Shown: positions 43,658 to 59,982 of the stretch, piece after piece
Layout: the number at the start of each line of letters is the position of its first letter
Position numbering within the stretch: the stretch's first letter is position 1
Assembly: GCA_964016885.1 (NCBI GenBank)
Contig: OZ024761.1
Location: 5,704,001-5,768,000 of the forward strand
Origin: Eledone cirrhosa
Lineage: Eukaryota
Reading direction: 5' to 3'
DNA: 64,000 bases
Notes under the pieces: model-generated
What the model was told of the DNA's origin: nothing
What the model saw: the letters and a program-made list of their open reading frames with translations, nothing else
Database searches by the model: none
Position numbers and translations under genes: made by a program

Positions 43658-44109
43658 CCCCTCTCTCTCTCTCTCTCTCTCTGCCTGTCAGTCAATCCAT
43701 ACGTTCTATATTAATATTAAATATGTTATACAGACACATACATACATACATACATACATACATACATACATACATAGCTATATTCATGCATACGTACACA
43801 CATACGTACATACATACGTACATACACACACACACATATATATATACATACACACATATATGCATTGATACACACATATATACACACATACATATATACA
43901 TGTATACATATATATACATATATACATACACACATCTATAGACACACATACATACACGCATATATAGACACATATACATATACACACATATACGTACACG
44001 CATATATACACACAATTATGTATATACTAATAAAAATGTCTGAAGAGGCTTAATAACATAAATATGTATATAGCCATAAATATTTGAAACAGTGAAGGAC
44101 ATATATATG

Positions 44110-44140
<31 letters not shown>

Positions 44141-44362
44141 GTATATGTATATGTATATGTATATATATATATATGTATATGTATATATATATGTACATGT
44201 GTATATGTATATATATATGTATATGTATATATATATATATGTATATATATATAAATATATATATACATTCACATAAATATATACATATATACATACATAT
44301 ATACATGCATATATACATATATACTTATATACATACATATATATATAGACATATGTACTTAT

Positions 44363-44447
<85 letters not shown>

Positions 44448-44753
44448 TACTTATATACATATATATATATATATAGACATATATACTTATATACATGCAT
44501 GTATACATACATAAACACTTTCAGCTACTCAAGCATTTAATACGTTTTACTCTTTTTATCACACACACACACACACATTCACTCACATACACACACACAC
44601 ACATTCACTCATACACATACACATACACACATGCACACTCATACACACACATATATACATATAACACACACACACACACACACACTTTCTCTCTCTCTCA
44701 GATATTGATACAGATAATGAATTAAAGGCACACATATATCTATTATATATATA

Positions 44754-44796
<43 letters not shown>

Positions 44797-46371
44797 TACA
44801 TTCATATATGCACGTATGCATATATGAATGTATAAAGTATACACGGTATGTATATATATATATGCGGTATGTATATATAAATGTATACGGTATGTATATA
44901 TGCATATATACGCTATGTATGTATATATAAATGTATACGGTATGTATATATGCATGTATACGCTTTGTATGTATATATGCATATATACGCTATGTATGTA
45001 TATATGCATGTATACGGTATGTATATATGCATGTATACGCTATGTATGTATATATAAATGTATAAGATATAGATATATATATACATGAATGTATACGTTA
45101 TACGGTATATATATATATATATATGAATGTATACGTTATACGGTATGTATATATGAATGTATACGTTATACGGTATGTATAATATATATATACATAATTC
45201 ATCGCCGACCAGCTGTTCAATAAGTTATCGTATTGAAACTGTGAAATTGAAGCTGCATCTGATGTATATACATACATGCATACATATACATATATACATA
45301 TACATATATATATATATATACACACACACATACATATACATACATATACATAGATACATACATACACATACACACACATACACATACATACGCACATACA
45401 TATATACACATACATATATACACATACACAGACACACATACATGCATACATATACATATATACATATATATATATACATATATATACATACACACACACA
45501 CATACATATACATACATATACTTAGATACATACATACACATACACACACATACATACACACATACACATACATACACACATACATATATACACACACACA
45601 GACACACATACATGCATACATATACATATATACATATACATATACACATATATATACATACACACACACACACATACATATACATACATATACATACATA
45701 TACATAGATACATACATACACATACACACACATACATACACATACACATACATACGCACATACATATATACACACACACAGACACACACACGTGCATTCA
45801 TATACATATATATACATATACATATACACATATATATACATACACACACACACACATACATATACATACATATACATAGATACATACATACACATACACA
45901 CACATACATACACACATACACATACATACGCACATACATATATACATACACACAGACACACATACATGCATACATATACATATATACATATATATATATA
46001 TACATATATATACATACACACACGTACATATATATACATATACATAGATACATACATACACATACACACATATACATACACATACACATACATACGCACA
46101 TACATATATACACACACACAGACACACACGTGCATTCATATACATATATATACATATACATACATAGACATACACACACACATATACATACATGCACATA
46201 GATACATACACACACATGTACACACACATGTACATACTAATACATACATACACACATATACACATACATACGCACATACGCACACACACACACATACACA
46301 CATGCATATACATATATATACATATATACATCATATACAATTATTATATTATATATATGAATTATATATAC

Positions 46372-46410
<39 letters not shown>

Positions 46411-47095
46411 TACTTATATTATATATATATGTATGTATTATATATATATATATGTATATATATATGTGTGTTTGTGTATTATATATGTGTGTGTGTGTGT
46501 GTATTATATATATGTGTGTGTGTGTGTGTGTGTATGTATTATATGTGTGTGTGTGTATATGTATGTATTATATATATATATATATGTGTGTGAATGTGTG
46601 TGTATGTATATATTATATAAATGTGTGTGTGTATATGCATGTATTATATATATATGTGTGCGTGTGTATATGTATGTATTATATATATATGTGTGTGAAT
46701 GTGTGTGTGTGTGTATTATATAAATGTGTGTGTGTATATGCATGTATTATATATATATATGTGTGCGTGTGTATATTTTTGTATTATATATACATATATG
46801 TGTGTGTGTGTATGTATGTATTATATAAATGTGTGTGTGTGTATATGCATGTATTATATATATATATATGTGTGTGTGTGTATGTATGTATTATATATAT
46901 ATGTGCGTGTGCATATGTATGTATTATATATATATATATGTGCGTGTGTATATGTATGTATTATATATATATATATATGTGTGTATGTATGTATTATATA
47001 AATGTGTGTGTGTGTGTATGTATGTATTATATAAATGTGTGTGTGTGTATATGCATGTATTATATATATATATGTGCGTGTGTATATGTATGTAT

Positions 47096-47128
<33 letters not shown>

Positions 47129-47140
47129 ATATGTATGTAT

Positions 47141-47177
<37 letters not shown>

Positions 47178-47250
47178 GCATGTATTATATATGTGTGTAT
47201 ATATGTATGTATTATCACTCTCTCTCACTCTCTCTCACTCTCTCTCTCTG

Positions 47251-47287
<37 letters not shown>

Positions 47288-47443
47288 AGAGAGAGAGACA
47301 GACAGAGAGAGACAGAGAGAGATAATACATACATATACACACACATACATATATATAATACATGCATATACACCCACACATTTATATAATACATACACAC
47401 ACACACATATATATATATAATACATACATATACACACGCACAC

Positions 47444-47531
<88 letters not shown>

Positions 47532-47554
47532 CATACATATACACACGCACACAC

Positions 47555-47602
<48 letters not shown>

Positions 47603-47624
47603 GCATATATATATATATATATGC

Positions 47625-47700
<76 letters not shown>
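42881..47700. repeat. Compound microsatellite field (TCTA, CT, CATA, TA, CA/GT)
   Basis: Direct inspection. Confidence 0.9.
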
Positions 47701-47708
<8 letters not shown>

Positions 47709-48189
47709 TTTGTTGGTCTTGTTGTTGTTGGCCTACCACGAGAGATGCCAGCAGCTGATGCCAATGACGTGTGGTGTGATTGGCGGCCATGTTCTCCCAG
47801 AATGGACAACTTGTAAACCGAAACCTTACTTGACAACACTCTCTACAGGTGCTCCATACTTAATTGTTTCTTATTCATATATTCATTAGATTTCCCTCGC
47901 TCTCTCCTCCCCCACTCACGAACACCTCTTCACACACATAGACACACATGCACACACTATATGTGTGTCTATATATATAATAGGAAAAAGTATGACCCCG
48001 ACGGGAGAGCTCAAGCCGTTTCGGCGGCTATTTCTGTAGTCCAGTAAAAGCCGTCGAAACGGCTTGAGCTCTGCCGTCGGGTCATACTTTTTCCTATTTC
48101 CCACTCTACTACCCTAAGTATTGAGTACTCTGGTGCGTCATGGTCCATCTGGTTCCTTATATATCTGTGTTTATCTCTCTTTTATATTC

Positions 48190-48494
<305 letters not shown>

Positions 48495-48783
48495 CGAAGG
48501 AAGTGTGGTAAGGAACCAGATGGACCATAACGCACCAGAGTACTCAATACTCAAGGTAGTAGAGTGGGTAATAGGAAAACGTATGACATCGACGGCAGAG
48601 CTCAACCCGTTTCGACGGCTATTTCTGGACCCTCCCGCAAAAAGGGTCCAGAAATAGCCGTCGAAACGGCTTCAGCTCCGCCGTCGGGGTCTTGAACATT
48701 TTCCTATTACCCACTCTACTACTCAAAGTATTAAGCACTATGGTGCGTTATGGCCCACCTGGTTACTTACCACACTTCCTTCG

Positions 48784-48949
<166 letters not shown>

Positions 48950-48950
48950 T

Positions 48951-49027
<77 letters not shown>

Positions 49028-49407
49028 TGTATATAATATATATATATATATATCATATATATATATATACATATATATATAATTGAATATAAAAGAGAGA
49101 TAAACACAGATATAAACATACATGTGATCAAATCGCAAGGGACCAAGTTCGCTAGGGTGAAAAACCTCTTTCTTTGAGCTATTTATGTAAAGGTTACAAG
49201 AAAATTTATTTAGAATTTGTTCCTTAACATACGTTTCTGTACAATATCAGTCTCCAAGCGCTAACTAAACAGTTCTACGGTCAATCACAAGCATTACGTA
49301 AAATATTGCACTTTATCAGAAATAGTAGAATGTTCATAGTCCAAGGTGAGATCACTTCATTTTGCAATAAGTATTACTTACTGCTACCTGCTCGGAACTA
49401 TACGTAC

Positions 49408-49438
<31 letters not shown>

Positions 49439-49476
49439 TGTATGTATGTATGTATGTATGTATGTATGTATGTATG

Positions 49477-50708
49477 TTTTCTCTTTCTCTTAATTTCGAG
49501 TATATTTTTTTGACCGGCCACCTTCCTGGTGGCAAGGTTGTAAAAGAAAAGAAATTGTCATCCCTTGAATCGCAAGAATGTTTTGCAAATTTTGAAGGTG
49601 CCAGCTATCGCAGCCATTTGTAGACTATGACTTAGGGAGCTGCGCTTTTTGTCCGCAAATCCGAGTTCAGTCATACTTTGGTCCAAGCGGGTTGGTATAT
49701 AACACGTAGCACCAATAATGATGGGTATGAAGCTAAAGGTGTATCTTGGATACTGGATTTGTAAACTCCTCATCAATGGTCCGTAGATGTCCTCCTTCTC
49801 CTGTATTTTTCTGACAACGTTTACATCAAGTGGGCAGCTGATCTCCACAACAGAACACGTTTTCAATGTGTGGTCCCAAACTACAATATCAGGCCGGTTG
49901 TGCTTTAATTTGGTGGCAGTTTTTATTTTCAGGTTCCACCAGTATTCCTTAGTGCCATCTGTCTCAACATATTCTTCCTCGTTTGTTGTTAATTTTGTTT
50001 TCCGAAGTGCGTTCTAGCTATCCCATCGTGTCTCATGGGGAGGTAGTAGCGAGATGACATTCTTTCGCAGCTGGCAACAATGTGGCTTACATCTTCGATC
50101 TTTGTTTTACATAGCCTACATTTATTGTCAGCTACTGGCCCTCCTCTTTTGTGCAGCAGATATTTGGTAGGGAGTTCTTGTTCTTGTATTACATAGAGAT
50201 ATCCCTCAAGGTGTGATGTCATAAACTTGTCGGAACTCCATGCCAGGCTTTTTGAGTGGTTTATCCCCTCTATGGTCTGTGTTTTACGTCTCAAGTATCC
50301 ATGCACAACTTTTTCTGTAAATTGGTCAATTTTTTCATCTTGTTTGAACATTGAATAGGATCTTCCGATTTCTCTGGGTGAGAGATTTATATCAGGCTTT
50401 ATTCCATATCTCTCCTCCAGATCAGTCGCTATTCTAATGATATTTCTTTTTTCATGGTCATAAACCTGGGCAAGATGGTTGCCAACCTTTTTCCTCTGTT
50501 GAAGGTGTTGCTTCAGTGTTACTATCCGGGTCTCATATGTTGTTAATATTGATTTTAGACCCCAGCCACCTTCCTTGCGTGAGAAGTATAGCCTATCCAC
50601 ATCACCATTGATGTTAAAGTTCCCAGTAACACTGAGAAGTTTTCGAGTTCTAACATCCATCTCACTTAGTTCAGTAGGCCAAATGTTGGCGTTAGAATTG
50701 GCACAGCA
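49477..50708 (-). pseudogene. R4/Dong-like non-LTR retrotransposon, family X, 5'-truncated
   Basis: DRLYFSRKEGG.GL, IQEQEL.T, CRLC..EDVSHIVASC, RHD, and RLE PDI..VEISCP..K..Y. One frameshift near 50000. (TATG)n on both sides. Confidence 0.85.
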
Positions 50709-50797
50709 TGTATGTATGTATGTATGTATGTATGTATGTATGTATGTATGTATGTATGTATGTATGTATGTATGTATGTATGTATGTATGTATGTAT

Positions 50798-52617
50798 GTG
50801 TGTTCTTCTGGTTTTATAATTTCACAAAGTTTTACCAATAGAGAGAGAGTCGCTTTCTAACATAGACACAAGACTCTCTCATTGGAATTTACACAACATC
50901 AACAAGGTAGATATGTATGTATGCATGCATGTGTAGATATGGATGTTATTGTATGTGCGGATGTGTATGTTTTGAGTTGTATGTGTGCATGTGTATATGC
51001 TTTGTATCTGTACATGTGTATATGCAGTTATTAGATGCAAAATGTTTGGAATGTTTTACATATTTTTACTGTTCCATTAATAGATTGTACTTGTAATTTC
51101 CTAACTAGTTGTGTTCTTTCTGTTCCTGTGAAGTCTAGCTTCTCAAGATTTGTATTGAGGCAGTTACTAACATATCCCAGTGCCCCAATAATCACAGGCA
51201 TAAATCTGAAGGTGTAATCAGGGTGGAGTATCTGCAGATTTCTCATCAGTTCTGCATAAATATTCTCCTTTTCACTAATCTTTGAAATTATATTGGCATC
51301 TGCTGGGCAGCTAATTTCCACTACTGTGCATGTTTTCTTCTCCCTGGCCCATATCATAACATCTGGTCTGTTATACCTGCATTTTATTGGGATTTTTACT
51401 GGAACATTCTACCAGTACTCTTTCATATTATGTACATGGATGTCTTCCACATTGTTGTAGCTTTTAATGTATTTATTATCGGGGCTATCTTTTTTACGAA
51501 CTTCATATCTACCTATGAGGCATGATGTAGTGGCCAAAACACTGTAGTGTTTTGGCCACTACATCATGCCTCATAGGTAGATAGTACCGCGATGACATCT
51601 TTGGACAACTGCTGATGACATGGGTGATATCCTCGATGTTAGTTCTGCAGAGTCTGCACTTGTTATCACATCTAGGTGTTTTGCCTGCATCCCTATCTCT
51701 TTTGTGAATCAGGTACTTCGTGCTAATCTCCTGTTCCGGATTGCAAAAGCGTATCCTTCAAAGTGGGAGCCAATATAGCGGTTGTTGGTCCAAGATAGAC
51801 TACTTTCCTTATATATATTACTCTCACGCTGGAGCACCCTGGCAACATATCCATGCATAATTTTTTGCTGATATGCATGCAGTTTTTCATCCATGGATTC
51901 ACTGCGATACTGCTGAGTGACATCGCTGGGTGTGAGTTTTTGATTATCACACAGGGAATATCTCTCGAGGAGTTCCTTCCCAACTCTCATGACCTTATCT
52001 GTTTCATACAGATAGACTTGCTCGAGAAACGGGCACCTACGATTCGAGGTTCGTAGATGTTGTCGGAGAGATATGATGCGACATTCAAATGTTGTCTGGA
52101 CTGATGTTAGGCCTCTGCCTCCCTGCTTACGTTTCAAGTAAAGGCGGTCTATGTCACTGTTGATGTGGAAGTTTCCGGTGTTGTTCAGTATTTTTCGAGT
52201 TCCAAGATCAACTGCTCGGATTTCGTCTATCGTCCAATTGAGTATTCCAAACGTTGGTGTTAGGACAGGCACAGCAAACACATTGTGGGCCACTGTTTTG
52301 TCTTGCGCAGAGAGTTCCGATGACCAGATCTTTCTTAATCGAGTGTAGTATTCCTTGGTTACGCGTTCCTTATTACAGATACCATTATAGGATATGTTCT
52401 CATCTATCCCCAGGTATCTGTAGCAGTCCTCATCAGATACCGGTGAAACAGTTAGGCCATTGATGACAATGTTGCTAGATTGGGTTGTTGTTTTTCCCCG
52501 CTTTACAGTCATATATGAGCATTTATCTTAGCCAAATTCCATTCCTATATCCTTTGAGAACGTTGTAACCAGGTCAAGATTTTTCTTCATCCCATCCATG
52601 TTCTTGGCATAGAGTTT
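50798..52617 (-). pseudogene. R4/Dong-like non-LTR retrotransposon, family Y, 5'-truncated
   Basis: YRYLGI, DRLYLKRKQGGRGL, CCHC knuckle and RLE motifs, with stops and frameshifts. Homologous to 56853-58826. Confidence 0.9.
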
Positions 52618-52634
52618 GTATGTGTATGGATATG

Positions 52635-52668
<34 letters not shown>

Positions 52669-52669
52669 T

Positions 52670-52731
<62 letters not shown>

Positions 52732-52828
52732 TTTTTTATTTTTATTTTCTATTTTTTATTATTTTTATTTTTTTTTCTCGTGCAATGGCCATACTCGATA
52801 ACGAGGGGGGCAGCCATCATGTATATAT

Positions 52829-52941
52829 GTATGTTCTTCTGGTTTTATAATTTCACAAAGTTTTACCAATAGAGAGAGAGTCGGTTTCTAACAGGACTCT
52901 CTCATTGGAATTTACACATCAACTAGGTATATATGGATGTT

Positions 52942-53004
<63 letters not shown>

Positions 53005-53258
53005 GGATGTTATTGTATGTGTGGGAATGGATGTTTTGAGTTGTATGTGTGCATGTGTATATGCTTTGTATATGTACATGTGTATATGCAGTTATTAGAT
53101 GCAAAATGTTTGGAATGTTTTACATATTTTTACTGTTCCATTAATGGATTGTACTTGTAGTTTCCTAATTAGTTGTGTTCTTTCTGTTCCTGTGAAGCCC
53201 AGCTTCTCAAGATTTGTATTGGGGCAGTTACTAACATATCCCAGTGCTCCAATAATCA
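52829..53258 (-). mobile_element. Family Y 3' fragment
   Basis: [19 protein letters not shown] plus 3' UTR, with TATG on both sides. Confidence 0.85.
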
Positions 53259-53268
53259 CGCATGTATG

Positions 53269-53393
<125 letters not shown>

Positions 53394-53512
53394 ATATATA
53401 TATGTATATATATATGTGTGTGTGTATATATGTTTATATATATATGTGTGTATATATATATTTATGTGTGTATATATATATATATATATGTGTGTGTATA
53501 TATATATATATA

Positions 53513-53548
<36 letters not shown>

Positions 53549-53806
53549 CATGTGTGTATATATATATATATATATGTGTGTATATATATATATAACGAAG
53601 GAAATGTGGTAAGGAACCAAATGGACCATAACGCACCAAAGTACTCAATACTTAGGGTAGTAGAGTGGGTAATAGGAACGAGTAGGACCCCGACGGCTGA
53701 GCTCAAGCTGTTTCGACGGCTAATTCTGGACTTTTTTTTTTTTTTTTCTTAGTCCAGAACTAACCGTCGAAACGGCTTGAGCTCAGCTGTCGGGGTCCTA
53801 CTCGTT

Positions 53807-53905
<99 letters not shown>

Positions 53906-53927
53906 CAGACCCTCCATCTCAACTCTA

Positions 53928-53963
53928 CTTTTGAAAAGCAGAATAACTGCGAAACAGGTAAAG
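53928..53963 (+). ncRNA. Hammerhead ribozyme motif, U3-A8 variant
   Basis: CTT-TTGAAAA-GCAG aataa CTGC-GAAA-CAGG-TA-AAG, then AAATAAA. Confidence 0.6.
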
Positions 53964-54341
53964 GAACCAAATAAATATATAATTTTAAAAAATAAGACTC
54001 CAGTTGCATTTTCGATTTCATCTTTTTTCCTTATACTTTCACTCGTGTAGGACACCTCGGTTATTTTTCATTCTGTAAAAAAAAAAAAACCTCTCTTTCT
54101 AATATATATTTATGTATATATAGTATTTACGTATCGAGAAAGAGAGAAAAAAAGGAGGGATAGGTGATATATATAGTTATTTGCCAAGTAGCGTATGCCA
54201 AAGGTGCTCGATACTAGTGCCGGCAGTATTAAATATTCGAAGTGTTAATATTTAGTGGGCTAGAGAGTTAGCAGAGCGTAAGCACGTAGGAAAGTGAAAA
54301 ATCGGAGAATAGACCGTTAAAACATGTTTATTTAAAATATC

Positions 54342-54378
54342 ACCTACGTACGTTTCGCCCAGTTGGGCTTTTCAAGGG
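54342..54378 (-). ncRNA. Hammerhead ribozyme motif, U3-A8 variant
   Basis: CC-TTGAAAA-GCCC aact GGGC-GAAA-CGTACG-TA-GG, with AATAAA downstream. Confidence 0.65.
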
Positions 54379-54422
54379 CATAAACAATCACAAGTGTTCC
54401 TTATATAGTTCGGAAAGAACAT

Positions 54423-54632
54423 CACCGACATCCAGAGTTGACATTGCACTCAGTGCTCCTTTGGGAGCCCCTACATGGACACACTAGAAGTGGAAGACCA
54501 AGGTTAACATATGTTGATGCCCTAAGGACAGACACTGGTCTGTTGGAGATGCAGGATATGGCAGCGATAATGAGGGACAGAGACCGCTGGAGAGAACTCG
54601 TCCATGGATCTCGGGAATTTTACCCGCCTTAG
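54423..54632 (+). pseudogene. RTE-clade LINE 3' fragment (second copy)
   Basis: Near-identical to 41246-41456. Confidence 0.8.
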
Positions 54633-54875
54633 AAATATATATATATATATATATATAGAGTCCTGGTGTTTCTCCAGTGCAAGGCGCATACAATAGTTTA
54701 AGCAAACAATCGGTGCTTTCACCCTTAACGGAATCTTCTGAAAGCAGCGATTCTTTGCTTAAACTTTAATCTGTTATTTTAATAAATATTTGCTCTACGG
54801 TTCTTATATATTTGATATACATTGATCCTTATCGAGCCCTCTTTGGATTTTAGTCTTCAAATTTATTATTATTAC

Positions 54876-54914
<39 letters not shown>

Positions 54915-54952
54915 CAAAATATTAATAAATGAAAAATATTCTCATAACCAAA

Positions 54953-55017
54953 ATATTTTATTATACATATTTCAAAGGTACAATGGTGTTTCAGTACGTT
55001 TTCATCAGATAAAATAT
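54953..55017 (-). ncRNA. Hammerhead ribozyme motif (family A)
   Basis: ATATTTTAT-CTGATGA-AAAcGTAC..GTACcTTT-GAAA-TATGTA-TA-ATAAAATAT. Confidence 0.7.
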
Positions 55018-55160
55018 ATGAAAGATTGGATATGCGTCATACAGCTAAGGTTTTGAATATTCAATTCCTGTAGTGGTATATATATATATATATGTATATA
55101 TATACACACACATATGGGCGATGGAGGTTCCCATCATATATATATATATATACATACACA

Positions 55161-55353
55161 TAATTATTTCTACTATTGGCACAACGCCAGCAATTATCCC
55201 AGTACATTACTGGTACCTTATTTTATCGACCCCGTAAGGATGAAAGGCTAAGGTAACCTCGGTGGGATTTGAACTCAGAATGGCAAGGGCCGTAACTCTG
55301 TGCGTCAAAGCATGGCGTGCGACCCTCTACCGATACTGCCAATTCACCGCCCT
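55161..55353 (-). mobile_element. SINE family 1
   Basis: Full-length reverse copy. Confidence 0.8.
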
Positions 55354-55489
55354 CATACACATACACATAATAAACATCAAACATTGACCGGGGATTATTT
55401 GTAAAGAGCGTAAACACACATATGTTACCTCCCTAACTATCTTTATTTACACGCTTTACAAATTATCCCCTGTCAATATTTGATATGTT

Positions 55490-55572
<83 letters not shown>

Positions 55573-55679
55573 ATAATAATAAAATTGAAGACTAAAATCC
55601 AAAGAGGGCTCGATAAGGATAAATATATATCAAATATATAAGAACCGTAGAGCAAATATTTATTAAAATAACAGATTAA

Positions 55680-55730
55680 AGTTTAAGCAAAGAATCGCTG
55701 CTTTCACCCTTAACAAGATCTTCTGAAACT
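55680..55730 (-). ncRNA. Hammerhead-like motif, U4A variant
   Basis: AGTTT-CAGAAGA-TCTT gtt AAGGgt-GAAA-GCA gcgattctt TGC-TT-AAACT. A second copy lies at 54695-54743. Confidence 0.5.
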
Positions 55731-55927
55731 AACAAAGTCAATCTGTAAACGCAGAAGTGAATATTTCAAAAAACGTTGCAACTGGAGGAAGACAGGAAGA
55801 CGATACTTTGGTTCGTGGAAACGTTCGCTGGCAAAGAACGGGAAAAAACGAATAATACGTCATTAATAGGAACGGTGAAAAACAATTACGTTTATGGTAT
55901 AAAAGAGGTCGTAGACTAATGTTCTCT

Positions 55928-55987
<60 letters not shown>

Positions 55988-56114
55988 TATATATATATAT
56001 ATGTCAATCCACTTTTGATTTAATTATATATATATATATATATATATACACGTATACAAAACCCATTTCAGACAGGATGTCCCCAGATGAGATTTCCGTT
56101 TTGCATGATTGACA

Positions 56115-56191
56115 AGTCTGATGAGGAAATGTGTCGGGTCTATAACAGAAATATGAACCCTGTGCCATCCATCTGTGAAACGTTCGTAACT
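56115..56191 (+). ncRNA. Degenerate hammerhead motif with long helix II
   Basis: AGT-CTGATGA-(52 nt)-GAAA-CGTTCG-TA-ACT, then AATAAA. Confidence 0.45.
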
Positions 56192-56246
56192 GTGCATGTT
56201 CAATAAAAAAACCCAATGTGAAACCCTATTTGTTCTTATGACATCC

Positions 56247-56324
<78 letters not shown>

Positions 56325-56593
56325 TTGTGTGTATGTGTATGTATGTATATATGTGTATGTATGTATATATGTATATATGTGTATGTATGTATATATATAT
56401 GTATATATGTGTATGTATGTATATATATATGTATATACGTGTATGTATATATGTATATATGTATATATGTGTATGTATGTGTATATATATATATATATGT
56501 ATATATGTGTATGTATATATGTGTATGTATGTATATATATATGTATATATGTGTGTGTATGTATGTATGTATATATATATATAGGTATGTATG

Positions 56594-56626
<33 letters not shown>

Positions 56627-56852
56627 ATATATGTGTATGTATATTTATATATATATATGTGTGTATGTATGTATATTTATATATGTGAATGTATATATAT
56701 GTATATGTATATATGTGAATGTATATATATACATATATATATATGTGTATGTATATGTATATATGTGAATGTATGTATATATATACATACATACATACAT
56801 ACATACATACATACATACATACATACATACATACATACATACATACATACAT

Positions 56853-58826
56853 ACTCTATTTTCACTGATAAAATAAAATATTGCAGGGGTATATTTCAAG
56901 GGGACAGTCTCTCTGTGATATTGTTCATCTTGTCATTAAACCCCTTGTCCTTTCTGCTCAAGAAATGTGAGGGATACATCATTGGCTCACAGGAGGACAG
57001 AAATACGAACCTAACCCATAACTTCTTTGTGGACGATCTGAAACTCTATGCCAAGAACATGGATGGGATGAAGAAAAATCTTGACCTGGTTACAACGTTC
57101 TCAAAGGATATATGAATGGAGTTTGGCCAAGATAAATGCTCATACATGACTGTAAAGCGGGGAAAAACAACAACCCAATCTAGCAACATTGTCATCAATG
57201 GTCTAACTGTTTCACCAATATCTGATGAGGACTGCTACAGATACCTGGGGATAGATGAGAACATATCCTATAATGGTATCTGTAATAAAGAACGCGTAAC
57301 CAGGGAATACTACACCCGATTAAGAAAGATTTGGTCATCGGAACTCTTTGCGCAAAACAAAACAGTGGCCCACAATGTGTTTGCTGTGCCTGTCCTAACA
57401 CCAACGTTTGGAATACTCAATTGGACGATAGACGAGATCCGAGCAGTTGATGTTGGAACTCGAAAAATACTGAACAACACCGGAAACTTCCACATCAACA
57501 GTGACATAGACTGCCTTTACTTGAAACGTAAGCAGAGAAGCAGAGGCCTAACATCAGTCCAGACAACATTTGAATGTCGCATCAAATCTCTCCGACATCT
57601 ACGAACCTCGAAGCGTAGGAGCCCGTTTCTCGAGCAAGTCTATCTGTATGAAACAGATAAGGTCATGAGAGTTGGGAAGGAACTCCTTGAGAGATATTCC
57701 CTGTGTGATAATCAAAAGCTCACACCCAGGGATGTCACTCAGCAGTATCGCAGTGAATCCATGGATGAAAAACTGCATGCCTATCAGCAAAAAATCATGC
57801 ATGGATATGTTGCCAGGAAGCTCCAGCGTGAGAGTAATATAGATAAGGAAAGTAGTCTATCTTGGACCAACAACCGCTATATTGGCTCCCACTTTGAAGG
57901 ATACGCTTTTGCAATCCAGGAACAGGAGATTAACACGAAATACTTGATTCACAAAAGAGATAGGGATGCAGGCAAAACACCTACACCTAAACGTGATAAC
58001 AAGTGCAGACTCTGCAGAACTAACATCGAGGATATCATCCATGTCATCAGCAGCTGTCCAAAGATGTCATCGTGGTACTATCTACCTATGAGGCATAATG
58101 TAGTGGCCAAAATACTGTACAATGAAGTTCATAAAAAAGATAGCCCCGATAATAAACACATTAAAAGCTATAGCAATGTGGAAGACATACATATACATAA
58201 TATGAAAGAGTACTGGTGGAATGTTCCAGTCATAATCCCAATAAGATGCAGGCATAACAGACCAGATATTATGATATGGGACAGGGAGAAGAAAACATGC
58301 ACAGTAGTGGAAATTAGTTGACCAGCAGATGCCAATATAATATCAAAGATTAGAGAAAAGGAGCATATTTATGCAGAACTGATGAGAAATCTGCAGATAC
58401 TCCACCCTGATTATACCTTCAGATTTATGCCTGTGATTATTGGGGCACTGGGATATGTTAGTAACTGCCTCAATACAAATCTTGAGAATCTAGGCTTCAC
58501 AGGAACAGAAAGAACACAACTAGTTAGGAAATTACAAGTACAATCCATTAATGGAACAGTAAAAATATGTAAAACATTCCAAAAATGTTGCATCTAATAA
58601 CTGCATATACACATGTACAGATACAAAGCATATACACAGGCACACATACAACTCAAAACATCCACATCCACACATACAATAACATCCATATCTACACATG
58701 CATGCATACATACATAATCTACCTAGTTGATGTTGTGTAAATTCCAATGAGAGAGTCTTGTGTCTATGTTAGAAACCGACTCTATCTCTATTGGTAAAAC
58801 TTTGTGAAATTATAAAACCAGAAGGA
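56853..58826 (+). pseudogene. R4/Dong-like non-LTR retrotransposon, family Y, 5'-truncated (RT-CCHC-RLE)
   Basis: GIFQGDSLS, FFVDDLKLY, YRYLGI, AIQEQEI.T, CRLCRTNIEDIIHVISSC, RHN, RPDIMIWD..VVEIS. Single frame to 58597 with TGA at 57113 and 58319. (CATA)n on both sides. Confidence 0.92.
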
Positions 58827-59647
58827 CATACATACATACATACATACATACATACATACATACATACATACATACATACATACTCACTCACACACATATA
58901 CATACATACATGCATCTATGGAGATTCGAATGTGCATGCATCCTTAACATATTAAAACGATAATGGCTTCGTTTTGTATTTCAGTTCATATAAGCGGTCT
59001 GACATTTTCCATGTAGCAGCACTTCAAAGATTGCTTGCAACAATGACACGACCCAATCAGGATGGTTCGACCTGCTAGAAATAACAGTCAAATATTTCTT
59101 AGATTTCCCTTTTCTGTCCTAGTACATGTATATATGGGCAGGTAACTCTTGCTGGGGTCATAAAGGACGCCGTAGCAACCTACGGCGTGTCTTGGACATT
59201 TTAAACTTGGCGGGGTCCATCCCATGTCTAAGTCTGAACACAGCCGATTTTTTCCATATATATAAGAATAACATTAAGAAAGATGCTGATGTTACAGCAA
59301 TCGTTTATTCCTAATAATTATTTCAATGGTTCCCTTATGTAATCCAAGATGTAATTCATGTAGATGTTGTCAGCTGGGCGCACAAACGTGTCTTTTGCCT
59401 GCGGCATATCACAAAATCGGATTTTCATCTGAAGGTACCGTTTTCATGACAACAACAAATACATTAATTACATCTTGATTGCATAAGAGAACCGTTAAAG
59501 TAATTATTATGAATAAACGATGTATGTAACATCAGCATCTCCTCTATTAATGTTATTCTTATACTGAATCTCCATCGTAACTACAAACTATGAATGTTGA
59601 GAGCTTTCTTCTGCTTACTTCTGGTTTTACCAAAACAACTTCTGCTG

Positions 59648-59739
<92 letters not shown>

Positions 59740-59775
59740 AGTAAGTTAATTTTTATAATTTTCTTATTTTACGTC

Positions 59776-59816
<41 letters not shown>

Positions 59817-59818
<2 letters not shown>

Positions 59819-59982
59819 GAATATCCCAGTGTCGAAAACACTACTTTTTCCCTAAAATAAGTCTAAAAAATCTACCACGTGTCCTGGAGACCAAAGGTTG
59901 TTTATTATTTTTTTTCCAAATTTTGGGTTGTCAAAATAACGGTACTTTCTTGAGGACGAAGCGTCTTCGGCGCCGGGAAATA

